From: an uncultured virus (IMG/VR IMGVR_UViG_3300026336_000015)
Lineage: Duplodnaviria; Heunggongvirae; Uroviricota; Caudoviricetes
Virus record (IMG/VR): IMGVR_UViG_3300026336_000015
Strand: one strand, 5' to 3'
DNA: 64,000 nt
Every line of letters starts with the position of its first letter. The stretch's first letter is position 1. Position numbers and translations under genes: made by a program. Below the pieces are notes generated by a model that had not been told where the DNA came from, made no database searches, and saw nothing but the letters and a program-made list of their open reading frames with translations. Below are positions 49,161 to 58,254 of the stretch, in pieces.

Positions 49161-49775
49161 ATGGCAACCCTAGGCGGACTTGAAATTTGGATAGCGGACG
49201 ATGGAGAACAGGCTGAACGTGCAGCGGATGTTACAAGTCACCCAGTAGAGAGCGGCGCAAACATTACAGACAACGTGCGACGTAACGCTACGGTGCTTAA
49301 TCTGACTGGGGAAATCGTGGGAACAGATGCTACAGCAAAAATGCAGCGTATTGATGCATGGAAAAATGCAGGCACAATCGTTGCATATCATGGCATCTAC
49401 AACTACAACCGGATGTTGATAACAAAATTTGATACGACTGGCACAAATAAGATTGTAGGTGGGTACAAATTCGATATGACTTTGCAGGAGGTACGCCTTG
49501 CGAAGAGTGCGTATGTGCCAAACAAAGCCACATCATCCCGCAAAAATACTGGGACACAGCAGAAAGTAAGCAACAGTTCCAGCAAAAAAGTGTATTATAC
49601 CACGAAAAACGGTGATACGTTGTGGGGGCTGTTGCAACGCTCCGGCGCGCCGTATAAGCAGTACGGATTTACTCCAAATGATGTTATGAAGAATAATCCA
49701 CAGGCTTTTGGCCGGAAAATGGACCCTCGCACTATGAAAAACGGCGTAAAAATTTGGATTGGAAACAGGAAGTGA
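49161..49775 (+). CDS. Baseplate/tube initiator protein with LysM
   Basis: HPVESGA.ITD; YTTKNGDTLWG. Confidence 0.75.
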   Translation: MATLGGLEIWIADDGEQAERAADVTSHPVESGANITDNVRRNATVLNLTGEIVGTDATAKMQRIDAWKNAGTIVAYHGIYNYNRMLITKFDTTGTNKIVGGYKFDMTLQEVRLAKSAYVPNKATSSRKNTGTQQKVSNSSSKKVYYTTKNGDTLWGLLQRSGAPYKQYGFTPNDVMKNNPQAFGRKMDPRTMKNGVKIWIGNRK

Positions 49776-49779
49776 CAGT

Positions 49780-50103
49780 ATGCGTGACCGTATAGAGATT
49801 GACAAGGACATGATTCCATATCAGTTCGACATTACGCTGGCAGAGCAGCCATTTACAATCTCGGTCGATTACAATTCTGTCGCAGACCTGTTCACTGTCA
49901 GCCTTTATGACAGTACCGGCACTCTATTGTGTGCTGGTGAACCATTGATTTATGGGCAGCCGTTGTTTCAAGATGTGTACCGCTCCGGCAAATTCCCAGC
50001 GTTGGACTTAGTGCCACTGGATGAGTCCGGCCACGATAACGCAGTTACATGGGATAACTTCGGTAAGACCGTATTTCTGACGATTGATGATGAGGGGGAC
50101 TGA
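49780..50103 (+). CDS. Baseplate protein
   Basis: IPYQFDI.L...YN...D.F; GEPLIYG.PLF. Confidence 0.65.
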   Translation: MRDRIEIDKDMIPYQFDITLAEQPFTISVDYNSVADLFTVSLYDSTGTLLCAGEPLIYGQPLFQDVYRSGKFPALDLVPLDESGHDNAVTWDNFGKTVFLTIDDEGD

Positions 50104-50107
50104 TAGG

Positions 50108-51046
50108 ATGGACAGTCAAATTATCAAAAGCACGCATAAAGTCCCGGCAGATAAGCAAAGCAAAATTATTCAGTCGCTTGGACAACTCAGTCAAAAGATT
50201 GCTACTACCCCGGTTACCATTCCACCGGGGCTTTTTCATGCCAGTGCGTGGATTATGTGTGGCGCGGCGAAGGTGGAATACCCTGATTTGGACATTGAAT
50301 TTGAGGTACCATTTGACGACAACACAACGGCCAACGAAGCCACGTTTACCATGTACAATCTCAGTACCACTACCCGCAATCAGTTTGTGTTGAATCGGGA
50401 CATTTCCCTTACGGCCGGATACGGTACCGACCGGGGCATTATCTTTGCTGGCATTATTTCTAGTGTCCGCACAACGCATGACGGTGTGGACGTAAAAACC
50501 GTTGTTACCGCGGTGGATAACCCGAAACTGAAAGAACATGATGTCAAAAACATCTCCTTCGCAAAAGGGAGTAAGGCGTCTTATATTTTAAAGTCGCTGC
50601 TGCAAAAGACCGGCCTACCAATCGCAGCCTTTAAAGTTCGCCGTGACCACACGTATAAAGATGCGGTGACGGTGGACGGCGGCCTGATGTCCAGTATCGA
50701 CCAGTACGCAAAGGTTTGCGGTGTGTCCACTTACATTCAGCGCGGGAAAATTTATGCAATCGATGTGCGGACTGCCGGCTCCGGCCTGCGCTTTGATATG
50801 GACATAGATCACGGTCTAATTGGCACGCCGGAATATTTTGAGGATGAAATCAGCGAAACTGCTGACGACCAGACCATTAAGGAGACCCGCAAAGGTTGGA
50901 AAATCACAAGTCTGCTGGAACATCGTTGCATGACCGGTGCGCTTGTAAACCTCAAGAGTAAAGACGTGACCGGTACATTCCATGTACTGGAGGGTAGACA
51001 TGCTTTTAATGGCACAGATTTTACAACAGAAATGACGGTGATTTGA
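50108..51046 (+). CDS. Baseplate hub protein
   Basis: IEFEVPFDD, YNLS, AGY, GLIGTP. Confidence 0.7.
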   Translation: MDSQIIKSTHKVPADKQSKIIQSLGQLSQKIATTPVTIPPGLFHASAWIMCGAAKVEYPDLDIEFEVPFDDNTTANEATFTMYNLSTTTRNQFVLNRDISLTAGYGTDRGIIFAGIISSVRTTHDGVDVKTVVTAVDNPKLKEHDVKNISFAKGSKASYILKSLLQKTGLPIAAFKVRRDHTYKDAVTVDGGLMSSIDQYAKVCGVSTYIQRGKIYAIDVRTAGSGLRFDMDIDHGLIGTPEYFEDEISETADDQTIKETRKGWKITSLLEHRCMTGALVNLKSKDVTGTFHVLEGRHAFNGTDFTTEMTVI

Positions 51047-51483
51047 TGCAAAGCATGGGTATAGGAGACAGACAGTTAGAACAGGTGCTGCTCCAGCTTC
51101 ACACAGCATTTTTAGGGCGAGTGGTGTCGTTTAACGAGTCCGCTGGAACGGCGTCCGTGCAACCGTTGACGCTCACGCAACCGGTCGGCGGCAACGCAGT
51201 AAAGCAGCCACTGCTGAAAGACATTCCCGTGCTGGCAAATGCACGGTACCGGTTGAAATATATGAATCCACCATACTGCAAAGCACAGTGCAGCGAGGGC
51301 AGCGTTACCGGAAATCTGACTGCTGAAAAGCACATTACGATGGAACCGTTGGCAACAGGCAACATTGTGCTATGTGTTACCTGCGAGCGCGATATCACCG
51401 CGGCACGGCGTGGGCGGTCAGAAGTGCCTGCACTCGGTCACCATCAGCAGAAAGATTCAATCGTTGTGGGGGTGCTCGCATGA
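51046..51483 (+). CDS. Baseplate spike (Gp138-like)
   Basis: ASVQPL, G.IVL..CERDI, H...DSIVVG. Confidence 0.7.
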   Translation: MQSMGIGDRQLEQVLLQLHTAFLGRVVSFNESAGTASVQPLTLTQPVGGNAVKQPLLKDIPVLANARYRLKYMNPPYCKAQCSEGSVTGNLTAEKHITMEPLATGNIVLCVTCERDITAARRGRSEVPALGHHQQKDSIVVGVLA

Positions 51484-51827
51484 AAGGATTTGCCTTGGAT
51501 GAAAACGGTGATGTAAAAATCGAGCACGGCAGGATTCGGATGATTGACGGAAACGAGCTGCTGCGGCAGACCTGCCAAACTGTGATTGGTACAAACCGCG
51601 GCGAATGGCCATTTAATTTGGAAGAGGGCATCGACTTCGCGCTTCTGCGCGGGAAACAGATTGACTATCAGGCGATTCAGGGCGAATTGCTTTCCGGTCT
51701 GCAGCAGGTGGACGAAAGCTTTCTGATTGATTCTTTCGAGCATGAGATTACCGCCGACCGCAAATTGCATATCCGATTTTCAGCAACCTGCAGTAGTGGA
51801 ACGGTCACAGGAGAAAATCAGTATTAA
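51480..51827 (+). CDS. Baseplate wedge protein (DUF2634-like)
   Basis: TNRGEWPFN.EEGID. Confidence 0.7.
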   Translation: MKGFALDENGDVKIEHGRIRMIDGNELLRQTCQTVIGTNRGEWPFNLEEGIDFALLRGKQIDYQAIQGELLSGLQQVDESFLIDSFEHEITADRKLHIRFSATCSSGTVTGENQY

Positions 51828-51829
51828 AA

Positions 51830-51855
51830 AATCCTCTCCAAAACGGAGAGGATTC
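51830..51855. terminator. Hairpin between convergent genes
   Basis: AATCCTCTCC-AAAAC-GGAGAGGATT. Confidence 0.6.
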
Positions 51856-51857
51856 CA

Positions 51858-52118
51858 TCATTCGTAATGTGTCCACATGCGCAGGATATGAACAGTTTTT
51901 TGCTCTTCGAGCACATCATAAACAAGCCTGTGCTGGATGTTGATTCTTCTGGAGTAAATTCCTTTTAGATTTCCTACCAGTTTTTCATAGGGCGGCGGGT
52001 TTTGGTAAGGGTTTTGCTCCAGAATGTCCACTAATGCTTTCGCCTTTGGAAGCAGATGCGCGGATTTTAGTTTTTCAAAATCTTTGACAGCCTGCTTTGT
52101 CAAAATGATGTTATACAT
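51858..52118 (-). CDS. yoeB: Txe/YoeB family toxin
   Basis: PPPYEKLVGNLKGIYSRRINIQHRLVY...WTHYE. Confidence 0.92.
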   Translation of the reverse strand: MYNIILTKQAVKDFEKLKSAHLLPKAKALVDILEQNPYQNPPPYEKLVGNLKGIYSRRINIQHRLVYDVLEEQKTVHILRMWTHYE

Positions 52119-52365
52119 CCCAATTCAAATCCTTTGCGTTTGTGCCCGCTTGGAGCGGTTCCTTCTGTCCAGCGAGGATACTGTCTGTCATGCCGGGAAT
52201 GTTGGACAAATACAACGTTTCCGCAATAGCGTTCCAATCTTCTTCTGAAAGCAAAATTGCGTTGGAAGTTTTGCCTGTGATTTTCACAGGCTCATGGGTT
52301 TCCTGTGTGCGGCTGATTAGGTTATACAAATCTTTCCGTGCATTTGTGACGTTGATGTTTTCCAT
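52111..52365 (-). CDS. yefM: Phd/YefM family antitoxin
   Basis: TNARKDLYNLI...EPV.ITGK..NAILLSEEDW..I.ETLYL. Confidence 0.92.
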   Translation of the reverse strand: MENINVTNARKDLYNLISRTQETHEPVKITGKTSNAILLSEEDWNAIAETLYLSNIPGMTDSILAGQKEPLQAGTNAKDLNWDV

Positions 52366-52389
52366 AACTGTTCCCTCCTTTATAAAGCC

Positions 52390-52418
52390 ATTATAGCGTA
52401 CGCTTTTGCGTATGTCAA
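52390..52418 (-). promoter_or_regulatory. Consensus promoter of the TA operon with palindromic operator
   Basis: TTGACA-N17-TATAAT; GCGTACGC palindrome in the spacer and further CGTACG sites at 52436-52449. Confidence 0.8.
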
Positions 52419-52504
52419 GGAAAAGTTCGTAATTCCGTACGTCCGTACGTCATAGTGTATGTAATCCTACGTTAAATAGTCAATTTTTAGAAAGTGGTGA
52501 TGCC

Positions 52505-53677
52505 ATGACGGTACTTACAGAAAAAGGTTTTCAGCGTCCACTTTACGCTGAACTTGTGGCGCAGGCAGAAGCCAGAGCAAAGGTGCTATTTGGTGATGAT
52601 ATCGAAACAGACGAAAAAACGCCACTCGGCAAGTTTATCCGGTTGGGCGCGCAGGACATTGCAGAAGCCTATGAAGAATTGGAAAGTGTGTACAACAGTA
52701 TCTTTCCCAATACCGCCCGCGGTGCTAGCCTTGACCGTGTGACGGTAACGGCCGGCGTATTCCGAAACCCCGCCATTCCGGCAGAACAGCAAGTAGAATT
52801 TACCGGCACACCCGGTTATTCAATTCCGGCCGGCTTCCTCGTTTCCGGCAACAGTGTGGAATTCCACACAGAACAGATTGTGACGCTTGGGGAAGATGGA
52901 AAAGCTGCTGCAACTGTGTACGCGACAGAAGCAGGGGAAACCGGGAATGTGCCGGTTGGCGCTATCACTGAAATTGTGAACCCGGATGCAGAAGTCGACA
53001 GCGTGAAGCATACAGCACTTTTGCTGGCCGGACAAGATGAAGAAGTGGATCCTGCATTACGCAGCCGCTATCATGCCGCAGTACTCGGTTCCGGCAGTAC
53101 AACGGCAGATGCAATCCGTGCAGCAGTACTGCGGGTAACCAGTGTGCGAAGCTGTACAGTGATTGAAAATTCCAGTAACGTTACAGATTCCGGTGGCCGT
53201 CCGGGCGGCAGCTTTGAGTGTATTGTTTTTGCCCCTGATTCCCTGAATGATGCAGTCGCACAGGCAATTTTCAATTCCAAGCCGGTTGGCATCAAAGCTT
53301 TTGGTACAACCGAAGTGCAAATAAAGGATAGCAGTGGATACAAGCAGTCAATCTGCTTCACTCATGTTTCCAATAAACTGATTTACGCAAAGGTATCTGT
53401 CCTTACAGACGAAGAATTTCCGGCAGACGGTGAAACACAAATTAAAACGGCATTGTCCAAAACCGTTGGAACTCTCGGAAATGGTGATGATGTCATTTTG
53501 ACGCGTTTATACAGCCCATTGATGGCTATTTCAGGTGTGAAGGACGTTACGCTACTGCAGCTTTCGGCAGATGGAAAGGCCTATACAGCGACTAATATAT
53601 CATGTACGCCTATGCAGGTAGCTGTTTTGCCAACTGATAATGTTACCGTGGAGGTGAGCGCTTATGCCGACCAGTGA
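52505..53677 (+). CDS. Baseplate J/gp47 family protein
   Basis: TARGASLD, GQDEE.D..LR.RY, KPVGI..FG. Confidence 0.9.
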   Translation: MTVLTEKGFQRPLYAELVAQAEARAKVLFGDDIETDEKTPLGKFIRLGAQDIAEAYEELESVYNSIFPNTARGASLDRVTVTAGVFRNPAIPAEQQVEFTGTPGYSIPAGFLVSGNSVEFHTEQIVTLGEDGKAAATVYATEAGETGNVPVGAITEIVNPDAEVDSVKHTALLLAGQDEEVDPALRSRYHAAVLGSGSTTADAIRAAVLRVTSVRSCTVIENSSNVTDSGGRPGGSFECIVFAPDSLNDAVAQAIFNSKPVGIKAFGTTEVQIKDSSGYKQSICFTHVSNKLIYAKVSVLTDEEFPADGETQIKTALSKTVGTLGNGDDVILTRLYSPLMAISGVKDVTLLQLSADGKAYTATNISCTPMQVAVLPTDNVTVEVSAYADQ

Positions 53678-54758
53678 CTTAATTCGCAGTTTACCGGATG
53701 CCTACAGCAAGGGCACCAACAGCAATAACTATAAGTTACTGGCACTGCATGGTGAAGCAGTGGACTCGTTTAGGCAGGACATTAAAAATGTTATGTCTTC
53801 ACAAGACCTTCAAACTGCCACCGGCTATTCTCTCGATTTATATGGTGCAGAGGTAGAACAGCCCCGCGGCAAAGCAAACGATGCACTTTATCGGGTATTG
53901 ATTCAGCAGAAGATGGCGCGTGATCGCGGTATTGGTACATGGGACAGCGTATCAAGTGGCATCCGAAACGTTTTGAACTGCTCTGATTCTGATTTTTGCA
54001 TCCATGATAGCACTATTAACCGCAAGGTTGTGTTCAGAGTTGTAAACAGTCAGGTACTTGAAAAATCGCCATTAACGGAAGAACAGGTAAAAAAAGTAAT
54101 CAATCAGTTGCTTCCAGCAACAGTAAAATTTGTTGTTGTCGTACCTTACCCAGGAAGTAGCACTTTTGAAATTCATTTTGTTCCGGTACGACTTTCCATA
54201 CACAGCCGCATGAACATTTGGATGATTGATTCTGTCCGCTTGAATGGAGTAAAAAGGCTTGACGGGACATGGACGCTGAATCAGGAAGTACGCAATCATT
54301 TTATTTTATCTTTATTAAGAATCTCCAGCAGAAAAAGATACAGCCCGACTTTTGTAACCAATGCCCAATATAAGTCGTATGGTTCTGTTCAAGTTATTTC
54401 GATTCCAAACGGAGTAGAGATTTTTAGCCATCAAGAGGTTAAAAAGTTTAGTTGCCCAGTTCGATTCACTAGCAGGACCGGGCAGCCTTTCAAGGCAGTT
54501 GCGACGGAAAAAGCCCTTTTTTTGTCGCATGAAAATTGGAATAAATCGTCAAAAACAACACCTGAAATTCGCACCTGTACAAAAACGAACCTTACAATGG
54601 CGTGTACAAAATTCGCAGCTCATAGTAAGCAACCAGTTACTATTGAAGAAAAGACAATCAAAAAAACGACAAATCCTGTCTGGACATTAAACGGCGCGTA
54701 TCTTATGAATGGTACGCGCCGTTTTAATGCTGGGCAGGTTGTTGAGGAGGTTTTATAA
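53664..54758 (+). CDS. Baseplate wedge / tail protein I-like
   Basis: LPDAY, ATGYSLDLYG...R...D..YR..I. Confidence 0.7.
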   Translation: MPTSDLIRSLPDAYSKGTNSNNYKLLALHGEAVDSFRQDIKNVMSSQDLQTATGYSLDLYGAEVEQPRGKANDALYRVLIQQKMARDRGIGTWDSVSSGIRNVLNCSDSDFCIHDSTINRKVVFRVVNSQVLEKSPLTEEQVKKVINQLLPATVKFVVVVPYPGSSTFEIHFVPVRLSIHSRMNIWMIDSVRLNGVKRLDGTWTLNQEVRNHFILSLLRISSRKRYSPTFVTNAQYKSYGSVQVISIPNGVEIFSHQEVKKFSCPVRFTSRTGQPFKAVATEKALFLSHENWNKSSKTTPEIRTCTKTNLTMACTKFAAHSKQPVTIEEKTIKKTTNPVWTLNGAYLMNGTRRFNAGQVVEEVL

Positions 54759-55148
54759 ATGGCAAGTCAAAACAATGTACTTACGACTGCTTTGCGAGTG
54801 CGCATGGCACAGTTGCTGGCAGGTAAAATTTCCACTATACCGAAGGTAAAATACATGGCTTTCGGGTCCGGTGGATTGGGAACAGACGGAAATCCAAAGC
54901 AACCGAGCGGCACTGCTACTGCACTTGAAGTTGAGGAAAAGAGATATGAAGTTGGTGAACCAATTTTCCCGGTTGACACTACGGCACGTTTTTCCGCTAC
55001 CATTCCAGAGGCTGACCTTGCAGGCAAAAAGCTGAGTGAGGTTGGCCTTTTTTCGGAAGATAATGTGTTGTACGCGATTCGCAACATGTCACCGAAGCAG
55101 AAAGACAGTGATGAGGAACTGGAATTCACACATGACCTTGAATTTTGA
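54759..55148 (+). CDS. Tail-collar fibre N-terminal-like protein
   Basis: MAFGSGG...LSEVGLF. Confidence 0.7.
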   Translation: MASQNNVLTTALRVRMAQLLAGKISTIPKVKYMAFGSGGLGTDGNPKQPSGTATALEVEEKRYEVGEPIFPVDTTARFSATIPEADLAGKKLSEVGLFSEDNVLYAIRNMSPKQKDSDEELEFTHDLEF

Positions 55149-55159
55149 CGGAGGTGTGA

Positions 55160-55585
55160 TTGATGGCAAACAGACCGAATTATACGTTGGATGAAAACCC
55201 AACGTATACCGAAGAAATCCCAGCACTGCAAAATGACGACCCTGCCAGCGCCAGTGATACTTTTAACCCGCTGATTACAAAGATTCTAAACAATCAGAAG
55301 GCAAACCATCAATTGGCACAGAAGGCTAATGACAATGCCGGCGAAGCAGGGCAGGTAGCTGGAAAAGCAATCCCACTGGCACAGAAAGGCGTTGCAAATG
55401 GCGTACCGTCGTTGGATAGTTCTGGCAAAATACCAAAAGCTCAGCTGCCTACTGTCGGCGGCTATGTGCGTCAGTCTTCAGCTCCGAGTGACAGCAGTTT
55501 GCTTTGGATTGACTCTGGCGACAGCAACAAGATGAAATACTACAACGGCAGTTCTTGGGTGCCGGTGCCGGCAACATGGGGGTGA
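55160..55585 (+). CDS. Tail fibre-associated protein
   Basis: KGVANGVPSLDSSGKIP; LWID...KYYNGSSWV. Confidence 0.65.
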   Translation: MMANRPNYTLDENPTYTEEIPALQNDDPASASDTFNPLITKILNNQKANHQLAQKANDNAGEAGQVAGKAIPLAQKGVANGVPSLDSSGKIPKAQLPTVGGYVRQSSAPSDSSLLWIDSGDSNKMKYYNGSSWVPVPATWG

Positions 55586-55589
55586 TTTT

Positions 55590-56297
55590 ATGATGACAGC
55601 AAGCCAGCTTGTCACGCTGAAAACAAACGTTGACAAGGAAATGAAGCGCCGCTGCTACAACGGCAGTATGACCGCCTATGCTGGCAGCAGTTACGCATTT
55701 CAAACTGCTCCTGCGGCAGGCGGAGTGATAAAAGCTCAGCAGGGCAATGCCGTGATTCAGCCGCTCAATGCGGTCAATCCAATCAGTGGGCTTTCGACTG
55801 CCGCCGCCGGGGAAGTTATTCCCACGACCTTTGACAATGACAAACTCGCGAAAGTAGTCAATGACCTGTCCAACCTGACGACGACCACATCAAACCCCGG
55901 CTGCGCAGCATCCTGCTCCGGCCTGTGTCACACGCAGTGTAGTACCTCATGTACTGGATGCAGTGGGTGTTCCTCGTGCTCATCCTGTACCGGCACATGT
56001 TCAGCGTGCTCTAATGGATGCAGCACGTGTACTAGCTGCACCAATTCCTGTGCGACCGGTTGCGCAAATACTTGTGCTACAGTATGTGACAATGGGTGTA
56101 GAGGATGTTCTGGAAGTTGCACAGGCGGATGCTATGGCACGTGCTGGGATACTTGTTCAGGCTGCGGTGGCTGTACGGGTTCACAAAATACTAGTCCTGG
56201 TTCGGGGTGTGGGAATTATTGTAATGGAACTTGTTCTAGTAGTTGCGGGTCTTGCACTGGTTGTTCGGGTTCTCATACAGTACATGATGCACATTGA
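55590..56297 (+). CDS. Cys-rich CxxC/CxxxC-repeat protein (putative radical SAM substrate)
   Basis: 32 Cys in the C-terminal ~130 aa, spaced every 3-4 residues. Confidence 0.85.
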   Translation: MMTASQLVTLKTNVDKEMKRRCYNGSMTAYAGSSYAFQTAPAAGGVIKAQQGNAVIQPLNAVNPISGLSTAAAGEVIPTTFDNDKLAKVVNDLSNLTTTTSNPGCAASCSGLCHTQCSTSCTGCSGCSSCSSCTGTCSACSNGCSTCTSCTNSCATGCANTCATVCDNGCRGCSGSCTGGCYGTCWDTCSGCGGCTGSQNTSPGSGCGNYCNGTCSSSCGSCTGCSGSHTVHDAH

Positions 56298-56313
56298 CTT
56301 TTTAGGAGGCAAA

Positions 56314-56625
56314 ATGATTAAAATTAAAATATCGAAAGAATTATCGGACTACATCGAAAGCTTACAGTTCGAGGTCAACCGGACAAAAGAAATAGTGGCG
56401 TTTATGCTGAGCAGCCCCGGCTATGATACTCACACGAACACATTTGCACAGTGGGAAAAAGATAACCAGGAAGCATATGCAAAACTGTGCCTTGCAAAAA
56501 ACAAGTTGGAGCACGAGGTTATTCCGAAACTGCTGCCGAAGGACACAGGAGCAGTTCGCTCTTGGAGTCTGGATTTTTACACACATGAAGTAATAGTGGA
56601 GGTAGCGGATGCGCAGAAGGATTGA
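56314..56625 (+). CDS. Small accessory protein of the CXXX-repeat modification system
   Basis: RBS AGGAGG; lies between the Cys-rich gene and the maturase; WSLDF C-terminus. Confidence 0.65.
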   Translation: MIKIKISKELSDYIESLQFEVNRTKEIVAFMLSSPGYDTHTNTFAQWEKDNQEAYAKLCLAKNKLEHEVIPKLLPKDTGAVRSWSLDFYTHEVIVEVADAQKD

Positions 56626-57925
56626 AGAATATCCGGATATGCTTGCAAGACTTTTCCCACAGCCTTATGACGGCAACCCAGCAGACAAACACCTTGCCCG
56701 CACGATTACCTTTCAGGTAACGGATGCCTGCAACCTGTGCTGCAGCTATTGTTATCAGATACATAAGCAGCACCATGTGATGGATTTTGATACGGCAAAG
56801 GCTTTTATCGACCTGCTGCTGGATGATAATAACCCGTACATCAACACCAAAAACAGTCCCGGTGTCATTATCGAGTTCATCGGCGGCGAGCCGTTCCTTG
56901 CCATTGATGTAATTGACAAGATTACAGATTACTTTATCGACCAGATGATTCGCCGCCGCCATCCGTGGGCAAAGCGGTTCATGATTTCTATCTGTTCAAA
57001 CGGTGTGCTGTACTTTGAACCGAAGGTACAGGCGTACCTGAAAAAGCACCTGAGCCACCTGAGTTTCAGCGTCAGCATTGACGGCAACAAGCAGCTGCAC
57101 GATTCCTGCCGTGTGTTCCCTGATGGCAGCGGAAGTTATGATAAAGCAATTCAGGCGGTGCAGCATTTCCGCACCGAGCTCCACAGTGACATGGGCAGCA
57201 AAATGACGTTGGCTCCGGCCAATATCCGCTATACTTGCGATGCAGTAAAAAATCTGATTGCGCTCGATTACAATCAGATTTTTTTAAACTGCGTCTATGA
57301 AAAAGGCTGGACGGTAGAACACGCGAAAATCCTGTACCAACAGCTGAAGCAGCTTTCTGATTATCTGCTGGACAACGATTTGGAAGATGAAATCTACCTG
57401 TCCATATTCGAGGAGTTTATCGGGCACCAGATGGCGCCAGACGATAACGACAACTGGTGCGGCGGTACCGGGTACATGATTGCAGTGGACTATAAGGGCG
57501 ATATTTTCCCCTGCCTGCGGTACATGGAAAGCAGCTTGGGCGAGGGTGTGCCGCCGGTCATTATCGGCAATGTGCAGGACGGTATTATGGCGACGCCCGG
57601 CCAGTGCGACTGCGTGCGCTGCATGAAATGCATTACCCGCCGCAGTCAGAGCACGGATGAGTGCTTTAACTGCCCGATTGCGCAGGGGTGTGCTTGGTGC
57701 AGCGCCTACAATTATCAGGAGTTTGGCACCATGAATCACAGGGCAACGTACATTTGCGAGATGCACAAGGCGAGAGTGTTGGCAAATGTGTATTTCTGGA
57801 ACAAAAAGTACCGGAAGCACGGAGAAAACAAGGTATTCCACAACAATGTCCCGGAAGCGTGGGGACTGCGGATTATCGATAAAAATGAGCTGGATATGCT
57901 CAATAATCTTTCAAAGGAGTCTTGA
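56609..57925 (+). CDS. Radical SAM/SPASM peptide maturase (CXXX-repeat target type)
   Basis: CNLCCSYC, FIGGEP, SIDG; SPASM WCGG..IFPC..CFNCPIAQGCAWC. Confidence 0.9.
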   Translation: MRRRIEEYPDMLARLFPQPYDGNPADKHLARTITFQVTDACNLCCSYCYQIHKQHHVMDFDTAKAFIDLLLDDNNPYINTKNSPGVIIEFIGGEPFLAIDVIDKITDYFIDQMIRRRHPWAKRFMISICSNGVLYFEPKVQAYLKKHLSHLSFSVSIDGNKQLHDSCRVFPDGSGSYDKAIQAVQHFRTELHSDMGSKMTLAPANIRYTCDAVKNLIALDYNQIFLNCVYEKGWTVEHAKILYQQLKQLSDYLLDNDLEDEIYLSIFEEFIGHQMAPDDNDNWCGGTGYMIAVDYKGDIFPCLRYMESSLGEGVPPVIIGNVQDGIMATPGQCDCVRCMKCITRRSQSTDECFNCPIAQGCAWCSAYNYQEFGTMNHRATYICEMHKARVLANVYFWNKKYRKHGENKVFHNNVPEAWGLRIIDKNELDMLNNLSKES

Positions 57926-57927
57926 AA

Positions 57928-58242
57928 ATGGCAGAAATCAAGTATGTAAAGTTTGCAGACGCGGCAGTTATCGAAGCAACGCAGGTCTCGGAAAGCATTA
58001 CTGATATGAATGGAACCAAGACAGATCAGTTACTTATTCAGATTGACACTGACAGCACAGAAAACCAGACTGCTGAACTGCAGACAAAAATTACAGATGC
58101 CGGCCTGAAAGATGTCAACATTTTTGCTGACAAGGAGTGCACCAATAAAATCTTTGCTGGTGGTGCTTACAAATCTGTCCTCAGCATCACTGCGACAGTG
58201 CGTGCCTGCGGGTTGCTGTACAGCGTATCGCTGTCGAAGTAA
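57928..58242 (+). CDS. Hypothetical protein
   Basis: RBS AAGGAG. Confidence 0.55.
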   Translation: MAEIKYVKFADAAVIEATQVSESITDMNGTKTDQLLIQIDTDSTENQTAELQTKITDAGLKDVNIFADKECTNKIFAGGAYKSVLSITATVRACGLLYSVSLSK

Positions 58243-58254
58243 GGCGGTGTGAAT

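Noticed and set aside
53664..58242. Diversity-generating retroelement or invertase-based fibre switching
   Set aside because: No reverse transcriptase, template/variable repeat pair or invertase seen
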